Assembly (NCBI GenBank): GCA_965277715.1
Contig: OZ255836.1
Coordinates: 3,328,001-3,392,000, forward strand
Length of the DNA: 64,000 nt
Direction: 5' to 3'
Source of the DNA: Gammaproteobacteria bacterium
GTDB lineage: Bacteria; Pseudomonadota; Gammaproteobacteria; JBCCGL01
Position 1 is the stretch's first letter. Each line of letters opens with the position of its first letter. Both the position numbers and the translations under genes were made by a program. This document shows, piece after piece, positions 1 through 10,275 of this stretch. Under the pieces are notes generated by a model. The model was not told the DNA's origin. It saw only the letters and a list, made by a program, of their open reading frames with translations, and made no database searches.

Positions 1-657
1 GTCCGTGGTGATAAGATCTGCACCTTCGCAGGCGGCGCGTGGATCATCGGTCAGTGTGGTGTTGCTGGCACATTGCTGCAGTATCTGTGGGTCAGGTTGG
101 TATTCTTTGGGGCAGGCTACCCGCAGTTGAAAGTCGAGCAGGTGGGCGGTTTGCATATAGGAGTGGCACATATTGTGGCCATCGCCGATCCAGGCGACGG
201 TTTTACCGGCGATGTCACCACGCCGCTCAAACCAGGTTTGCATATCGGCGAGTAGCTGGCAGGGGTGCAGGCGGTCAGACAGGCCGTTGATCACCGGCAC
301 ACTGGATGCCCCGGCAAAGGCCTGAACAATATCGTGACCGGCGGTGCGGATCATTACACCGTCAACCATCTGTGATAGCACTTTTGCGGTGTCCTGAATC
401 GGCTCACCACGGCCAAGCTGGGTATCGTGTGGCGATAAAAATAACGCGTGACCGCCAAGCTGAGCCATACCTGTCTCAAATGATACGCGGGTGCGGGTAG
501 AGGATTTTTCAAAAATCATCGCCAGTATTTTGCCCTGCAATGATAAGTGCGGTGTGCCGCTGCGTTGTAGGGTTTTTAACTCGCTGGCCCGCGCCAGTAG
601 GCCGCGAAATTCATCTGCGCTGAGGTCCAGCTCGCTTAGGTAGTGTCGAAGGGTCAC
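1..657 (-). CDS. argF: Ornithine carbamoyltransferase (3' end outside window)
   Basis: Not in ORF track; manual translation from GTG at 657 gives ...LAMIFEKSSTRTRVSFE (carbamoyl-phosphate binding motif); directly downstream of argD. Confidence 0.93.
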   Translation of the reverse strand, partial: MTLRHYLSELDLSADEFRGLLARASELKTLQRSGTPHLSLQGKILAMIFEKSSTRTRVSFETGMAQLGGHALFLSPHDTQLGRGEPIQDTAKVLSQMVDGVMIRTAGHDIVQAFAGASSVPVINGLSDRLHPCQLLADMQTWFERRGDIAGKTVAWIGDGHNMCHSYMQTAHLLDFQLRVACPKEYQPDPQILQQCASNTTLTDDPRAACEGADLITTD

Positions 658-671
658 TGTCGGGTGGCGTG

Positions 672-1844
672 TTATTCAGATAAAAAGCCACGCACCAGCG
701 CGGCAATACGCGACACGATTTCATCGGCCTGTGCGTCACTGATAATATAGGCAGGCAGCAGGCGGATGACCGAGCCTTGGGTAACATTGATTAACAAACC
801 AACCTCAAGTGCGCGTTTAACCAGTGCGGAACAGTCGCGGTCGAGCTGAATGCCAAACATTAAACCCCGACCACGGATATCGACAACGCCCTGCTGCCCT
901 GCCAGTGCGCTTTTAAACCCATTGAGCATCTGCTCACCGAGTGTTGCCGTGCGGGCTAATAAACCGTCTGCGTCGATGGTGTCGATAACCGCCGAACCGA
1001 CGTGGCAGGCCAGCGGGTTGCCCCCAAATGTGGAGCCGTGATTGCCGGGCTGAATGAGTTCTGCCGCCTTGCCGTGTGCCAGGCAGGCGCCAATCGGAAA
1101 GCCGTTGCCGAGTGCTTTGGCGACACTGATAACGTCGGGCTGGCTGTTGCTGTGTTGAAAGGCAAACCACTCGCCGGTACGGCCCATACCCGACTGTATC
1201 TCGTCGAGCAGTAACAAGTAGTTGTTGGCATCACAGAGGCTGCGTACCTTGTCGATGTAGTCATCATCGGGCACTACAATGCCGCCTTCACCCAGAATTG
1301 GTTCAAGCATTACCGCCACCACGTGTGGGTTGTTCTCGGCAACGGCGCGCAGTGAGTCGATGTCGTTGTAAGGGATGCGCACAAAGCCCTGCACCAGGGG
1401 TTCAAATCCCGCCTGTACTTTGCGGTTGCCGGTGGCGGATAGGGTCGCCATTGTACGGCCGTGAAAGCTGTGTTCCATCACCACAATGCAGGGCGTTTCT
1501 ATTCCCCGGCTGCGCGCATGCAGCCGGGCAATTTTGATCATTGCCTCGTTGGCTTCTGCGCCTGAGTTACCGAAAAAGACTTTGTCCATGCCACTGATGG
1601 CACAGAGCCTGTCACCCAGGGCTGATTGGCTGGCGATATGGTAAATGTTGGAGGTGTGAATTAATTTGCCGGCCTGCGCGTTAATCGCCGCTATAACAGC
1701 GGGGTGCGCATGGCCGAGGGCGTTAACGGCGATGCCGCCCAGTGCATCCAGGTATTCGTTACCGTCGGTATCCCAGAGGCGTGCGCCCTCGCCACGATCC
1801 ATTGTGACAGGCAGTCTGTTATACGCGTTGATAAGTGATGACAT
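672..1844 (-). CDS. argD: Acetylornithine aminotransferase
   Basis: Class III aminotransferase motifs NSGAEANE, SFHGRT, DEIQSGMGRTG, AKALGNG; adjacent to argF. Confidence 0.93.
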   Translation of the reverse strand: MSSLINAYNRLPVTMDRGEGARLWDTDGNEYLDALGGIAVNALGHAHPAVIAAINAQAGKLIHTSNIYHIASQSALGDRLCAISGMDKVFFGNSGAEANEAMIKIARLHARSRGIETPCIVVMEHSFHGRTMATLSATGNRKVQAGFEPLVQGFVRIPYNDIDSLRAVAENNPHVVAVMLEPILGEGGIVVPDDDYIDKVRSLCDANNYLLLLDEIQSGMGRTGEWFAFQHSNSQPDVISVAKALGNGFPIGACLAHGKAAELIQPGNHGSTFGGNPLACHVGSAVIDTIDADGLLARTATLGEQMLNGFKSALAGQQGVVDIRGRGLMFGIQLDRDCSALVKRALEVGLLINVTQGSVIRLLPAYIISDAQADEIVSRIAALVRGFLSE

Positions 1845-1864
1845 GGGTATTCCATAAACTAAAA

Positions 1865-1887
1865 GCGGCAGCCGTTATAGCTGCCGC
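1865..1887 (-). terminator. Terminator-like hairpin just upstream of argD
   Basis: GCGGCAGC-N7-GCTGCCGC perfect 8-bp stem followed by TTTT on the minus strand. Confidence 0.45.
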
Positions 1888-2056
1888 AAAAGTAGAAATT
1901 ATAATGATCTGTTTTCAAAATGCGAGCGTGTTACCGGGTCTTGTAACAAAAAATGCGGTTTAACCTAAATTCCGCAGTTGAATCTACTGCGAGCACCTAA
2001 TGCACAGAATCCAAAGCGCTTTTACCAGCATTTCAGCTTCCTGAGCATATCTGAAA

Positions 2057-2917
2057 CTACCCCAGAAACCGCATTAGTATTATGCCAATGACGACAATAC
2101 CAGCGGCGAGCAAGCGTTGTCGGCCAAACGGTTCTTTCAGTATCAGTGTGCCGATAAGGGTGGCGAAGATAACGCTGGTTTCACGCAGTGACGAAACGAT
2201 GGCCATCGCCCCCAGGCTCATGGCGAAAATAACCAACCCATAGGCAATTGTGTTGGCGATACCGCCCATAACAATTTGTTTTGGGTTGTCCCGCATATAC
2301 GCACACCATTCGCGCCGTTGTGTGAAATATAAAAAACTGACAACAGGTATCGATTCGAGGGCGAATAGCCAAAAAATATAGCTCATGGGGGTTGTCGTGG
2401 CACGCACACCGAGACCATCGACAAGGGTGTACAGCGCTATGCATACGGAGGTGATGAGCCCCCAACGTAGCGCGGGCCGCGAGAGCCGTGCATGTTCTTT
2501 TGTTGGAAATGCCAGGTTTATGAGGCTGGGGCTCATAATGCCGAGGCTGATCACACCCACGCCAATCATACCGCCAATGGATAGATATTCGCCGGCGAAT
2601 ATGGCGGCTGCAATCGTAACCAGTACTGGTGCCAGCCCGCGAAACAGTGGGTAAACCTGAGAGAGATCACCGCTTTGATAGGCGCGTGCCAATGAGAAGT
2701 AATACAGCGTGTGAATGAAGACTGAGGCGATAAGCATTGGCCAACTGGCGGCAGTCGGCAGGTCGGTAAACGGCAGAAGTGCAACACACAGTAAACTGCT
2801 CACCAACTGATAGGCGGCGATATTAAATAAGGGGTTGGCACTGGATTTCGCCATGGCGTTCCAGGCGGCGTGCAGTAGCGCAGCACTGAGCGCCAGTGTC
2901 ACAATAAGGGGGGTCAT
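2057..2917 (-). CDS. EamA/DMT family transporter
   Basis: About 10 hydrophobic segments; LHAAWN, GDLSQVYP and SLRETSV motifs. Confidence 0.88.
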   Translation of the reverse strand: MTPLIVTLALSAALLHAAWNAMAKSSANPLFNIAAYQLVSSLLCVALLPFTDLPTAASWPMLIASVFIHTLYYFSLARAYQSGDLSQVYPLFRGLAPVLVTIAAAIFAGEYLSIGGMIGVGVISLGIMSPSLINLAFPTKEHARLSRPALRWGLITSVCIALYTLVDGLGVRATTTPMSYIFWLFALESIPVVSFLYFTQRREWCAYMRDNPKQIVMGGIANTIAYGLVIFAMSLGAMAIVSSLRETSVIFATLIGTLILKEPFGRQRLLAAGIVVIGIILMRFLG

Positions 2918-3061
2918 GGTATTTTATCGGCGTGTGTTTTTAGCCCATTCTAATGCGGCACCTCTTGTATAAACAACCCACAGTATGTACAACACACATT
3001 CGTGTTTATTTGTGTGTCAGTTAGTAATGGAGCTTAGGACGGATGCGGTGATATGGAGGGT

Positions 3062-4498
3062 TTATAAGGCGTTTGAGCGCAGTACCATCATTTTCTCTAT
3101 TTGCATGTCGTCAAATGTATAGGGGATGCCACCAACACCCAGCCCGGAGTGTTTTAGCCCGGCGAAGGGCATCCAGTCGACACGGTAGGCGGTGTGTTCG
3201 TTGACCATTACCGCCGAGGCGTCGAGCTGGGTGTAGCAGTGCATGGCGGTGTCAATGCTGCGGGTGAGTACTGAGGCCTGGAATGCTACGTCGAGGCTGT
3301 TGGCGCTGGCGATGGCCTGGTCGATGTTGTCGTAGGGGTAGACGCACATCACCGGGCCGAAGATTTCCTGGCAGCTCACTTTGCTATTGGCCGAGGGCTC
3401 GTATAAAACGGTGCTGTGGTAGCTGGTCGCTGAGTTAAGTTCGCCACCGATGATGCATTCGGCTCCCTGGTCGATGGCTTCCTGCACCCACTGATGCACC
3501 CGGTCGACTTCACGTGGCCGGATTAATGGGCCGATGGCGGTGGTATCGAGTGTCGGGTCGCCGATGGGCATGTGTGTGGTGGCCTCGGCGAGGGCGGCGG
3601 CGACATCACGGGCAATGCTGTGGTGGGCAAATACGCGCTGTACGGATACGCAAACCTGTCCCGCGTGGTAAAAACCCCCTTTGGCGATCAGCGGCAGGGT
3701 GTCCTGTAAATCGGCATCTTCGGCGATGATAACCGGTGCGACACCACCGTGTTCCAGCGCGCAGCGTGTACCGGCAGCCAATTTTGAGCGCAACATCCAA
3801 CCCACCTGGGCGCTGCCTATAAAGGAAAAAAAGGCGATGCGCGGGTCGGTGACCAGTTGTGAGGTAACCCCGAGATCGGCGCTCATCACCGCCTGGCAAT
3901 GGGTTTCTGGTAGCCCGGCTTCACGCAGAATCTGTACAAAGCGAAAGCACGAGAGCGGGGTGTCTGCGGCGGGCTTTACAATTACCGGGCAGCCCGTGGC
4001 AATTGCCGGTGCCACCTGGTGCACAATCAGGTTAAGTGGGTGGTTGAAGGCGCTTACCGCCATCACCACGCCAATGGGTTCACGGCGGGTAAACGCCAGC
4101 CGTTTGGCCGAGGCGGCATTCAGGTTCATCGGTATTTCACGGCCACTCCCGGTGCGTAGACAATCCGCTGCATTGCGGACACCATCGATAGCACGGGTGA
4201 CCTCGACGCGTGAATCCAACAGTGGCTTGCCGCCCTCGCTCGCCGCCTCCAGTGCCAGTTGGTCGAATCGCTGGTGCATGATCGTCGCGGTTTTTTCGAG
4301 AATGGTGATGCGTTGTTCAGGCGTCAACCAACGCTTTTTGTCACGGAAAACCGCATAGGCTGTCTGTAGTGCCTGTTCCGCCCCTTTGGCGTCGATTTCA
4401 GGGACAGCACCAATATCGGATAAGTCCCACGGTGAGGAAACGCGCCGTTCGCCGACAGAAACGGCACCAGGTACCATTAAATCAAATACTATACTCAT
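3062..4498 (-). CDS. Aldehyde dehydrogenase family protein
   Basis: FIGS, LEHGG, GQVCVS (catalytic Cys), EIFGP motifs. Confidence 0.92.
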   Translation of the reverse strand: MSIVFDLMVPGAVSVGERRVSSPWDLSDIGAVPEIDAKGAEQALQTAYAVFRDKKRWLTPEQRITILEKTATIMHQRFDQLALEAASEGGKPLLDSRVEVTRAIDGVRNAADCLRTGSGREIPMNLNAASAKRLAFTRREPIGVVMAVSAFNHPLNLIVHQVAPAIATGCPVIVKPAADTPLSCFRFVQILREAGLPETHCQAVMSADLGVTSQLVTDPRIAFFSFIGSAQVGWMLRSKLAAGTRCALEHGGVAPVIIAEDADLQDTLPLIAKGGFYHAGQVCVSVQRVFAHHSIARDVAAALAEATTHMPIGDPTLDTTAIGPLIRPREVDRVHQWVQEAIDQGAECIIGGELNSATSYHSTVLYEPSANSKVSCQEIFGPVMCVYPYDNIDQAIASANSLDVAFQASVLTRSIDTAMHCYTQLDASAVMVNEHTAYRVDWMPFAGLKHSGLGVGGIPYTFDDMQIEKMMVLRSNAL

Positions 4499-4568
4499 AA
4501 AATAATCCGCAATGGAGCAGTCCTGAATCCGACAGGCTTCTAGACAGCCTGGGCCGGGACGGCGTTAT

Positions 4569-6203
4569 TTATATCGGGCAAACCAGGTGGCCGAGTTTAT
4601 CGGTCAGTTTCATATTTTCGGAATAATCAACCGGGCAATCGATCAAGACTACTGTGTTATCGGCGATGGCCTGTTTCAGGGTGGGTAGCAGGTCGTTGGC
4701 GCGCTCTATACGGTAACCTTTGGCGCCGAAACTCTCGGCGTATTTAACCAGATCCGGGTTGTTGAAATCGATTTGCGTGTCGCGGCCAAAGCGCCTGTCC
4801 TGGTGCCATTTTATCAGGCCGTACTTGCTGTCGTTCCAGACCAGAATGACGATGGCAACACCAATGCGCAGCGCGGTTTCGATTTCCTGTGAGTTCATTA
4901 AAAAGCCCGCATCACCGGTCACGGTTAAGGCGGTACGGTCTGGGTGGGCGAGCTTGGCGGCAATGGCGCCGGGCAGGCCAATACCCATGGAGGCGAAGCC
5001 ATTGGAGATAATGCAGGTATTGGGGCGCTCTGCCTGGTACATGCGCGCCATCCACATTTTGTGCGCACCCACATCGGAGACGACAATATCATCGGCTGCC
5101 AGCGCTTCGCGCAGATCGAGGATAATGCGCTGCGGTAACATGGGGAATGCATCGTTATCGGCTTGGGCATTGAGCTCTTCGACAATCGTTTCACGTAGGT
5201 TTTGCGCCTGTGATCCGGGCTTTGGTGTCGCGGTCGCGGCAATGCCGCCAAGTGCGGCATTGATATCACCGATAACGCCACACGCCAGAATATAGTGTTC
5301 GTCAACTTCCGCCGGGCTCATGTCGACGTGAATGATTTTGGCGTGTTTGGATTTATTCCACAGGTGCGGGTGGTACTCGATCATATCGTAGCCGACACAA
5401 ATCACCACATCGGCGCGATCAAAGCCACAGGCGACATAATCGTGTGCCTGCAGGCCGACCGTACCCAGGGATAAATCGTGGGAAAAGGGTATGCTGCCCT
5501 TGGCCATAAATGTGGTGGCAACAGGGATATTCAGTGTCTCGGCAAAGCTGACCAGTGCCTGGTTGGCATTGGCGCGCACCACGCCATTACCCGCCATGAC
5601 TAATGGGTATTTGGCATTAGAGATAATCTCTGCCGCCTGGGTGATTTTCTCCTGCGGTGGCACGGGGGGTTTGGGGCTTTGCACTTTGAGGGGGTGTTTA
5701 CCCTCGACCGGCATGGCGGCGACGTTTTCTGGAAAATCGATAAAGCTGCCACCGGGTTTTTCTGCCTCAGCCGCTTTAAAGGCTTTGCGCACGATTTCAG
5801 CGACAATCTCCGGCTCGCGGATTTGTACGCTGTACTTTGAAATGGGGGCAAACAGGTTAACCAGATCGAGTACCTGGTGGCTTTCTTTGTGCAGGCGGGT
5901 TGTGGAGCCTTGACCGGCAATGCCGATAATGGGTGCGCGGTCCATATTGGCATCGGCAAAGCCGGTGACCAGATTGGTTGCACCTGGCCCCAGTGTGGCG
6001 AGGCAAACGCCCGCCTTCCCGGTTAAACGCCCGTAGACATCGGCCATAAAGGCGGCGCCCTGTTCGTGCCGTGTAGTGATGAATTTAATATTACTGCCGA
6101 TCATGGAGTCCATGACATCGAGGTTTTCTTCACCGGGGATACCAAAGATATATTCCACCCCTTCATTTTCCAGACAGCGGACAAACAGATCACTTGCTTT
6201 CAT
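4569..6203 (-). CDS. Acetolactate synthase large subunit-like TPP enzyme
   Basis: GIPGEEN, RHEQGAAFMAD, GDAGFLMN...WND TPP-binding motif. Confidence 0.9.
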   Translation of the reverse strand: MKASDLFVRCLENEGVEYIFGIPGEENLDVMDSMIGSNIKFITTRHEQGAAFMADVYGRLTGKAGVCLATLGPGATNLVTGFADANMDRAPIIGIAGQGSTTRLHKESHQVLDLVNLFAPISKYSVQIREPEIVAEIVRKAFKAAEAEKPGGSFIDFPENVAAMPVEGKHPLKVQSPKPPVPPQEKITQAAEIISNAKYPLVMAGNGVVRANANQALVSFAETLNIPVATTFMAKGSIPFSHDLSLGTVGLQAHDYVACGFDRADVVICVGYDMIEYHPHLWNKSKHAKIIHVDMSPAEVDEHYILACGVIGDINAALGGIAATATPKPGSQAQNLRETIVEELNAQADNDAFPMLPQRIILDLREALAADDIVVSDVGAHKMWMARMYQAERPNTCIISNGFASMGIGLPGAIAAKLAHPDRTALTVTGDAGFLMNSQEIETALRIGVAIVILVWNDSKYGLIKWHQDRRFGRDTQIDFNNPDLVKYAESFGAKGYRIERANDLLPTLKQAIADNTVVLIDCPVDYSENMKLTDKLGHLVCPI

Positions 6204-6283
6204 ATTTTTTTCTCTGGGTATTATTAATATTTTAAATTCTGTACTAAGAGTTTATAGGGCCAAAAAAAGTTCATGCGGGCAGG

Positions 6284-7435
6284 CTAACGCACCAATAAAT
6301 CCAGTGGTTGACGGCTCAATAATTCACAGCCGCTATCGGTAACGCGCACGCTGTGGCCCAAGGTCATGGCGTTACCGGAATGGCTGTTGACAAAAATCAT
6401 ATGCAGGAAGAACACCATATCAGCTTGCGCGATAACCGGGTTACCGGTGTAAAACATTGGCCAGTCCATCCAGGTTGGGGTAAAGGTGGTGCCCATGCTG
6501 TAACCACAGGCGTTCATACGGTGTTCGCGCAGGTTATTGGCATCGGCCACGCGTGCGTGCGCATCGAATACATTGCCGATAGGGTCACCGGGTTTGAGTG
6601 AGGCAGTACAGGCGTGCATAGCCTCGACGGCGACCTTGTGCATATGCTGATGTTCCTGATTGGCCGCGCCGATAATGACGGTGCGCATCATTGCTGCGTG
6701 GTAATGCCGGTAGGCACCTGCCCATTCCAGTGTGAGTTGGTCTTGCGCGTCGAGTGTGCGTCTGCCGCTCTTGTAACGGCACAGCAGTGCATCCGGCCCG
6801 GAGCCGATGATGTATTCATTGCCCGAGTAATCACCACCGCCGGAAAAGACAGCACTGTGCATATCGGCGAGAATCCGGCCCTCATCGGCACCGGCACCGC
6901 TGATTGCCAGTGCGGCATCGAGTGCGTCATCGGCCAGCTCGGCGGCGCGCCGTGTGTAGGCAATTTCGCTGGGGGACTTTATCAGGCGTAATTCACTGAC
7001 CAGCATCGAGGCGTCTTCCAGCGTGCAAAAGCCATTGAGCGCTGCGTCAACTTTTTTGCCGTTGGCGGCGGTTAGCCCATAGGCCTCGTACTCGATACCG
7101 AGCTTTTGCCCTTTGCAGGCGAAATCTGTCAGCATATCGCGCAGTTGGGCGGCGGGGTTGTGCCCGGCTTTATCAACCCAAACACGAATATCCTGAATAT
7201 CTGAGGTGTGTTGTGCCTGGCGTAAATCCGGGGCGCGTGTCAGCAAGGCAAAGCGGCCGTCTGCACCCAGGTAGAGGCATTGAAAAAAACAGTAACCGAA
7301 CGTGTCATAACCGGTTAAGTAGTACATGCTTTCCTGGCGGAATATTAATAGCCCATCAAGCCCGGCCTGCTGGAGTTTTTTGCACGTATTGTCGCGGCGG
7401 GATTGTAGTTCTTCTTCGCTAAAATGGATGGCCAT
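6284..7435 (-). CDS. M24 family (Xaa-Pro peptidase/creatinase/ectoine hydrolase-like) protein
   Basis: YYLTGY, LRLIKSPSEI, YHAAMMRT motifs; canonical metal ligands appear altered. Confidence 0.8.
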   Translation of the reverse strand: MAIHFSEEELQSRRDNTCKKLQQAGLDGLLIFRQESMYYLTGYDTFGYCFFQCLYLGADGRFALLTRAPDLRQAQHTSDIQDIRVWVDKAGHNPAAQLRDMLTDFACKGQKLGIEYEAYGLTAANGKKVDAALNGFCTLEDASMLVSELRLIKSPSEIAYTRRAAELADDALDAALAISGAGADEGRILADMHSAVFSGGGDYSGNEYIIGSGPDALLCRYKSGRRTLDAQDQLTLEWAGAYRHYHAAMMRTVIIGAANQEHQHMHKVAVEAMHACTASLKPGDPIGNVFDAHARVADANNLREHRMNACGYSMGTTFTPTWMDWPMFYTGNPVIAQADMVFFLHMIFVNSHSGNAMTLGHSVRVTDSGCELLSRQPLDLLVR

Positions 7436-7523
7436 AGTGTCCTCATACTTTTGGAGGTGGATTGAGGCATCAATTCGGCTGAATTGAATGTGGTCGGGAT
7501 GGTATCACGCTCAAACACCCTCA

Positions 7524-7548
7524 ACCCCCTCTTTGTGAAAGAGGGGGT
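7524..7548. terminator. Hairpin downstream of the ligase gene
   Basis: ACCCCCTCTTT-GTG-AAAGAGGGGGT, 11-bp perfect stem. Confidence 0.5.
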
Positions 7549-7558
7549 GTTCACTTTC

Positions 7559-8431
7559 TTATGGTATTGGCAAAACCTTTCCAGCGTGCGTTGTATCGAT
7601 TCGCTCGCGCAAAAAACTGGCAAATCTGGGTAGGCCATTACGTGTGAGTCCATAGTATTTGTAAGTGATTATCGCGCCAACCCTGGGCGGGTTTTCACGT
7701 TGTTTATCTGTAAATCCGCTGCCGATACGAAAGTGTTTGCCGGTGGCAGTCTGCACAAGCAGCGCCCCCAATCGACCGGTATGTTTACCTTTACCCGGCA
7801 GGTGGGCAATCACCCTGGCCTCGGCATCCCGGTAGCGTTTTAGTTTAAACAATGCATCGCTGCGGCCTGTGTGATAGTGGGCATTCTGGTGGTGAAGCAT
7901 CAAGCCTTCACCGCCGTTGTCTACCAGTGTATCCAGTACCGCCATTAACGCCTTGTGACTGTCTACCCGAAACTGCTTTACTGCACGTAAATGCGGGTTA
8001 TTGGCCACCTCGACGATATGATTAATTTTTTTAATGCGATCAGAAAAATTCCCCACAGCCCCCGGCAGTTCAAATACATAATAATTAACGAACCGCCATT
8101 CATCTTCGATAGGTGCACGTTTTTTAACGGTGCTGACAGTGCGCTCGAAACTGTTTCTGTCGATCCATAATTCGCCATCGAGTGGTGTGTTGGGGAAATT
8201 CCGGGTAAACCAATCCGGTGGGTAAAAGCGGTTGCCCTGTCTGGATACCAGGAATGTCCCGTTCCAATAGGCACGCACCCCGTCGAGTTTTTCGCTCACC
8301 CAGTAATCCTGTGCATTGACACCGGGGTGAAATTTTTTAGCGTGTATCAGTTCTGGGGCCGTGTTGGCCAGTGCTGTACCCAACAGCAGGGCATTGAATA
8401 GCACAGCGATGAGGCAATCAATCCTTTTCAT
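7559..8431 (-). CDS. ATP-dependent DNA ligase, minimal LigE type with signal peptide
   Basis: SEKLDGVR (KxDG), LDGELW, EGLML, KLK motifs, OB domain; MKRIDCLIAVLFNALLLGTALA leader; start set at 8431. Confidence 0.9.
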   Translation of the reverse strand: MKRIDCLIAVLFNALLLGTALANTAPELIHAKKFHPGVNAQDYWVSEKLDGVRAYWNGTFLVSRQGNRFYPPDWFTRNFPNTPLDGELWIDRNSFERTVSTVKKRAPIEDEWRFVNYYVFELPGAVGNFSDRIKKINHIVEVANNPHLRAVKQFRVDSHKALMAVLDTLVDNGGEGLMLHHQNAHYHTGRSDALFKLKRYRDAEARVIAHLPGKGKHTGRLGALLVQTATGKHFRIGSGFTDKQRENPPRVGAIITYKYYGLTRNGLPRFASFLRERIDTTHAGKVLPIP

Positions 8432-8553
8432 AGTGCGTCCTTTGGTTCGGTTGCGTTGTGATAGACACACCATAATGCCATAGAACAATGAAAAATCCGA
8501 ATTGTTGGCTACACTCAAGAGACACTTTGTTCCGGTTGGCAAGGGGAAAGCCT

Positions 8554-9090
8554 GTGAAAGGTATTGTGTTTACATTACTTAATGAAATGGTCGAAGAACA
8601 GTTTGGGCTTGAAGCGTGGGATCAATTAATTACCCAGTCGGGATCAGACGGTCTGTATATATCAACTGAGACGTATACCGATGAAGAACTGATGCGTTTG
8701 GTGGCGACAGCCAGTGAGATGACGGGTATCGCCGTAAATGACCTTGTCCGGGCATTTGGCGCGTATATGTTTCCTCATTTTTACGCGAAATACCCGGTTT
8801 TTTTTAAACCCGATATGACGTTAAAATCTTTTCTATTAACCGTCGATAGGGTTATTCATGTCGAAGTGCGAAAACTGTACCCGGACGCTGGGCTGCCCAA
8901 TTTTGACTATAAGGATGAGAACGATAACGAGTTGACGATGATCTACAGCTCACCGAGGAAGCTGTGTGCGTTGGCGGAAGGGTTGATTGCCGGAGCGGCC
9001 AAGCACTTTGGCACGCAATACACAATGGAACACACGGTTTGTATGCACAAGGGTGATGATTGTTGCCATTTGAAAATGACTCTGGGGTAA
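8554..9090 (+). CDS. H-NOX (heme NO-binding) protein
   Basis: (M)KGIVF start at GTG, IHVEVRKLYP proximal His, YSSPR (YxSxR) motif. Confidence 0.9.
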   Translation: MKGIVFTLLNEMVEEQFGLEAWDQLITQSGSDGLYISTETYTDEELMRLVATASEMTGIAVNDLVRAFGAYMFPHFYAKYPVFFKPDMTLKSFLLTVDRVIHVEVRKLYPDAGLPNFDYKDENDNELTMIYSSPRKLCALAEGLIAGAAKHFGTQYTMEHTVCMHKGDDCCHLKMTLG

Positions 9091-9097
9091 GTGAACG

Positions 9098-10057
9098 GTG
9101 GAAATTGCTACACTACAGCGCGCTTATGAGCGGGAGAAGGCCAAGAGGGTGCAAGCGGAATCATTGTTGGAGGATAAGTCGCGTGAGCTGTTCCTTTCTT
9201 ACGAGGCGTTACAAAAATCCCACAATGAAATAAAGCAGGCTCACGAGGAATTAATACTCAAGCAGAAGCAGTTGGTTCAATCTGAAAAGATGGCCTCGCT
9301 GGGTATTATTTCAGCGGGTGTCGCCCACGAGATAAACAACCCGATTGGGTTTGTGCTGAGTAATATTGTTACGCTTGGCGAAAATGTTGCTGTATTTACT
9401 ACGCTTTGCGAAAAGCTTGGTGTGCTTATTGACAAATGCAATGCCGGAGAGACAGTGGCTGAGGCGATTAATGCGCTGGCTGCATTTTCCGAACAGGAGG
9501 ATTTGGCATTTCTTATTGAGGATGGCCAAACACTGATCGATGAAACCACAGAGGGTATTGTGCGTGTGCGCGATATTGTTGCCGGGTTAAAATCTTTTGC
9601 GCGTGTTGATACTGGGGAAAAAGAAAGTGCGAATATTAACGAATGCATCGAGTCCACGTTAAAAATACTGGGTAATCAGACAAAATATACCTGCACGGTG
9701 GAAAAACAATTAGGTGATATTCCTGTTATTCACTGTTTTCCCGGTAAGCTTAATCAGGTGTTTATGAATCTTATTGTTAATGCGGTGCACGCTGTCGGTG
9801 ATGGCGGGGTGATTCGCATTGCGTCGGTATGGGAAAATAATCAGGTGGTTATTAGGATTGCTGATAATGGTAAGGGGATTCCGGCTGAAAATATCCCCAA
9901 TCTGTTTACGCCGTTTTTTACCACTAAACCGGTTGGGGAGGGGACGGGGCTTGGGCTGTCGATATCAATGGGGATTGTTGAAGAGCATGGTGGTGCTATT
10001 GATGTTAACAGTGAGGTGGGTAAAGGTACGGTATTTACTGTAAGGCTGCCTGGTTGA
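9098..10057 (+). CDS. Soluble sensor histidine kinase (H-NOX-associated)
   Basis: AHEINNP H-box, N/G1/F/G2 boxes, no TM segment. Confidence 0.9.
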   Translation: MEIATLQRAYEREKAKRVQAESLLEDKSRELFLSYEALQKSHNEIKQAHEELILKQKQLVQSEKMASLGIISAGVAHEINNPIGFVLSNIVTLGENVAVFTTLCEKLGVLIDKCNAGETVAEAINALAAFSEQEDLAFLIEDGQTLIDETTEGIVRVRDIVAGLKSFARVDTGEKESANINECIESTLKILGNQTKYTCTVEKQLGDIPVIHCFPGKLNQVFMNLIVNAVHAVGDGGVIRIASVWENNQVVIRIADNGKGIPAENIPNLFTPFFTTKPVGEGTGLGLSISMGIVEEHGGAIDVNSEVGKGTVFTVRLPG

Positions 10058-10091
10058 TTATTTAGGGGGGCTTTCAATTATGATGTTTCAC

Positions 10092-10275
10092 CACTGCTGT
10101 CCCGTTAACTTTCATAGCAACACCATTTGATTAATATCAGGCATACCATCTTGTATTGGATCACCACGGAGTAATGTCATGAAGTTATGCCTTGGCGTCA
10201 GGCTTTGGCAGCGTTGCAGTAATCTTCCAAAGCGTGCCTCGTATAATTCGCATGGCTTGCTCTCATTTTACCCAC
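10092..10275 (-). mobile_element. Right end and deleted transposase remnant of IS4-family element C
   Basis: End CACTGCTGTCCCGTTAAC; minus frame ...PCELYEARFGRLLQRCQSLTPRHNF/MTLLRGDPIQDGMPDINQMVLL* resembles IS4 DUF4372-type transposases; inner boundary approximate. Confidence 0.7.

Noticed and set aside
3681-4358. Long antisense ORFs (also 4720-5295, 56563-57354, 62096-62893)
   Set aside because: Shadows of well-supported genes on the opposite strand, with no motifs
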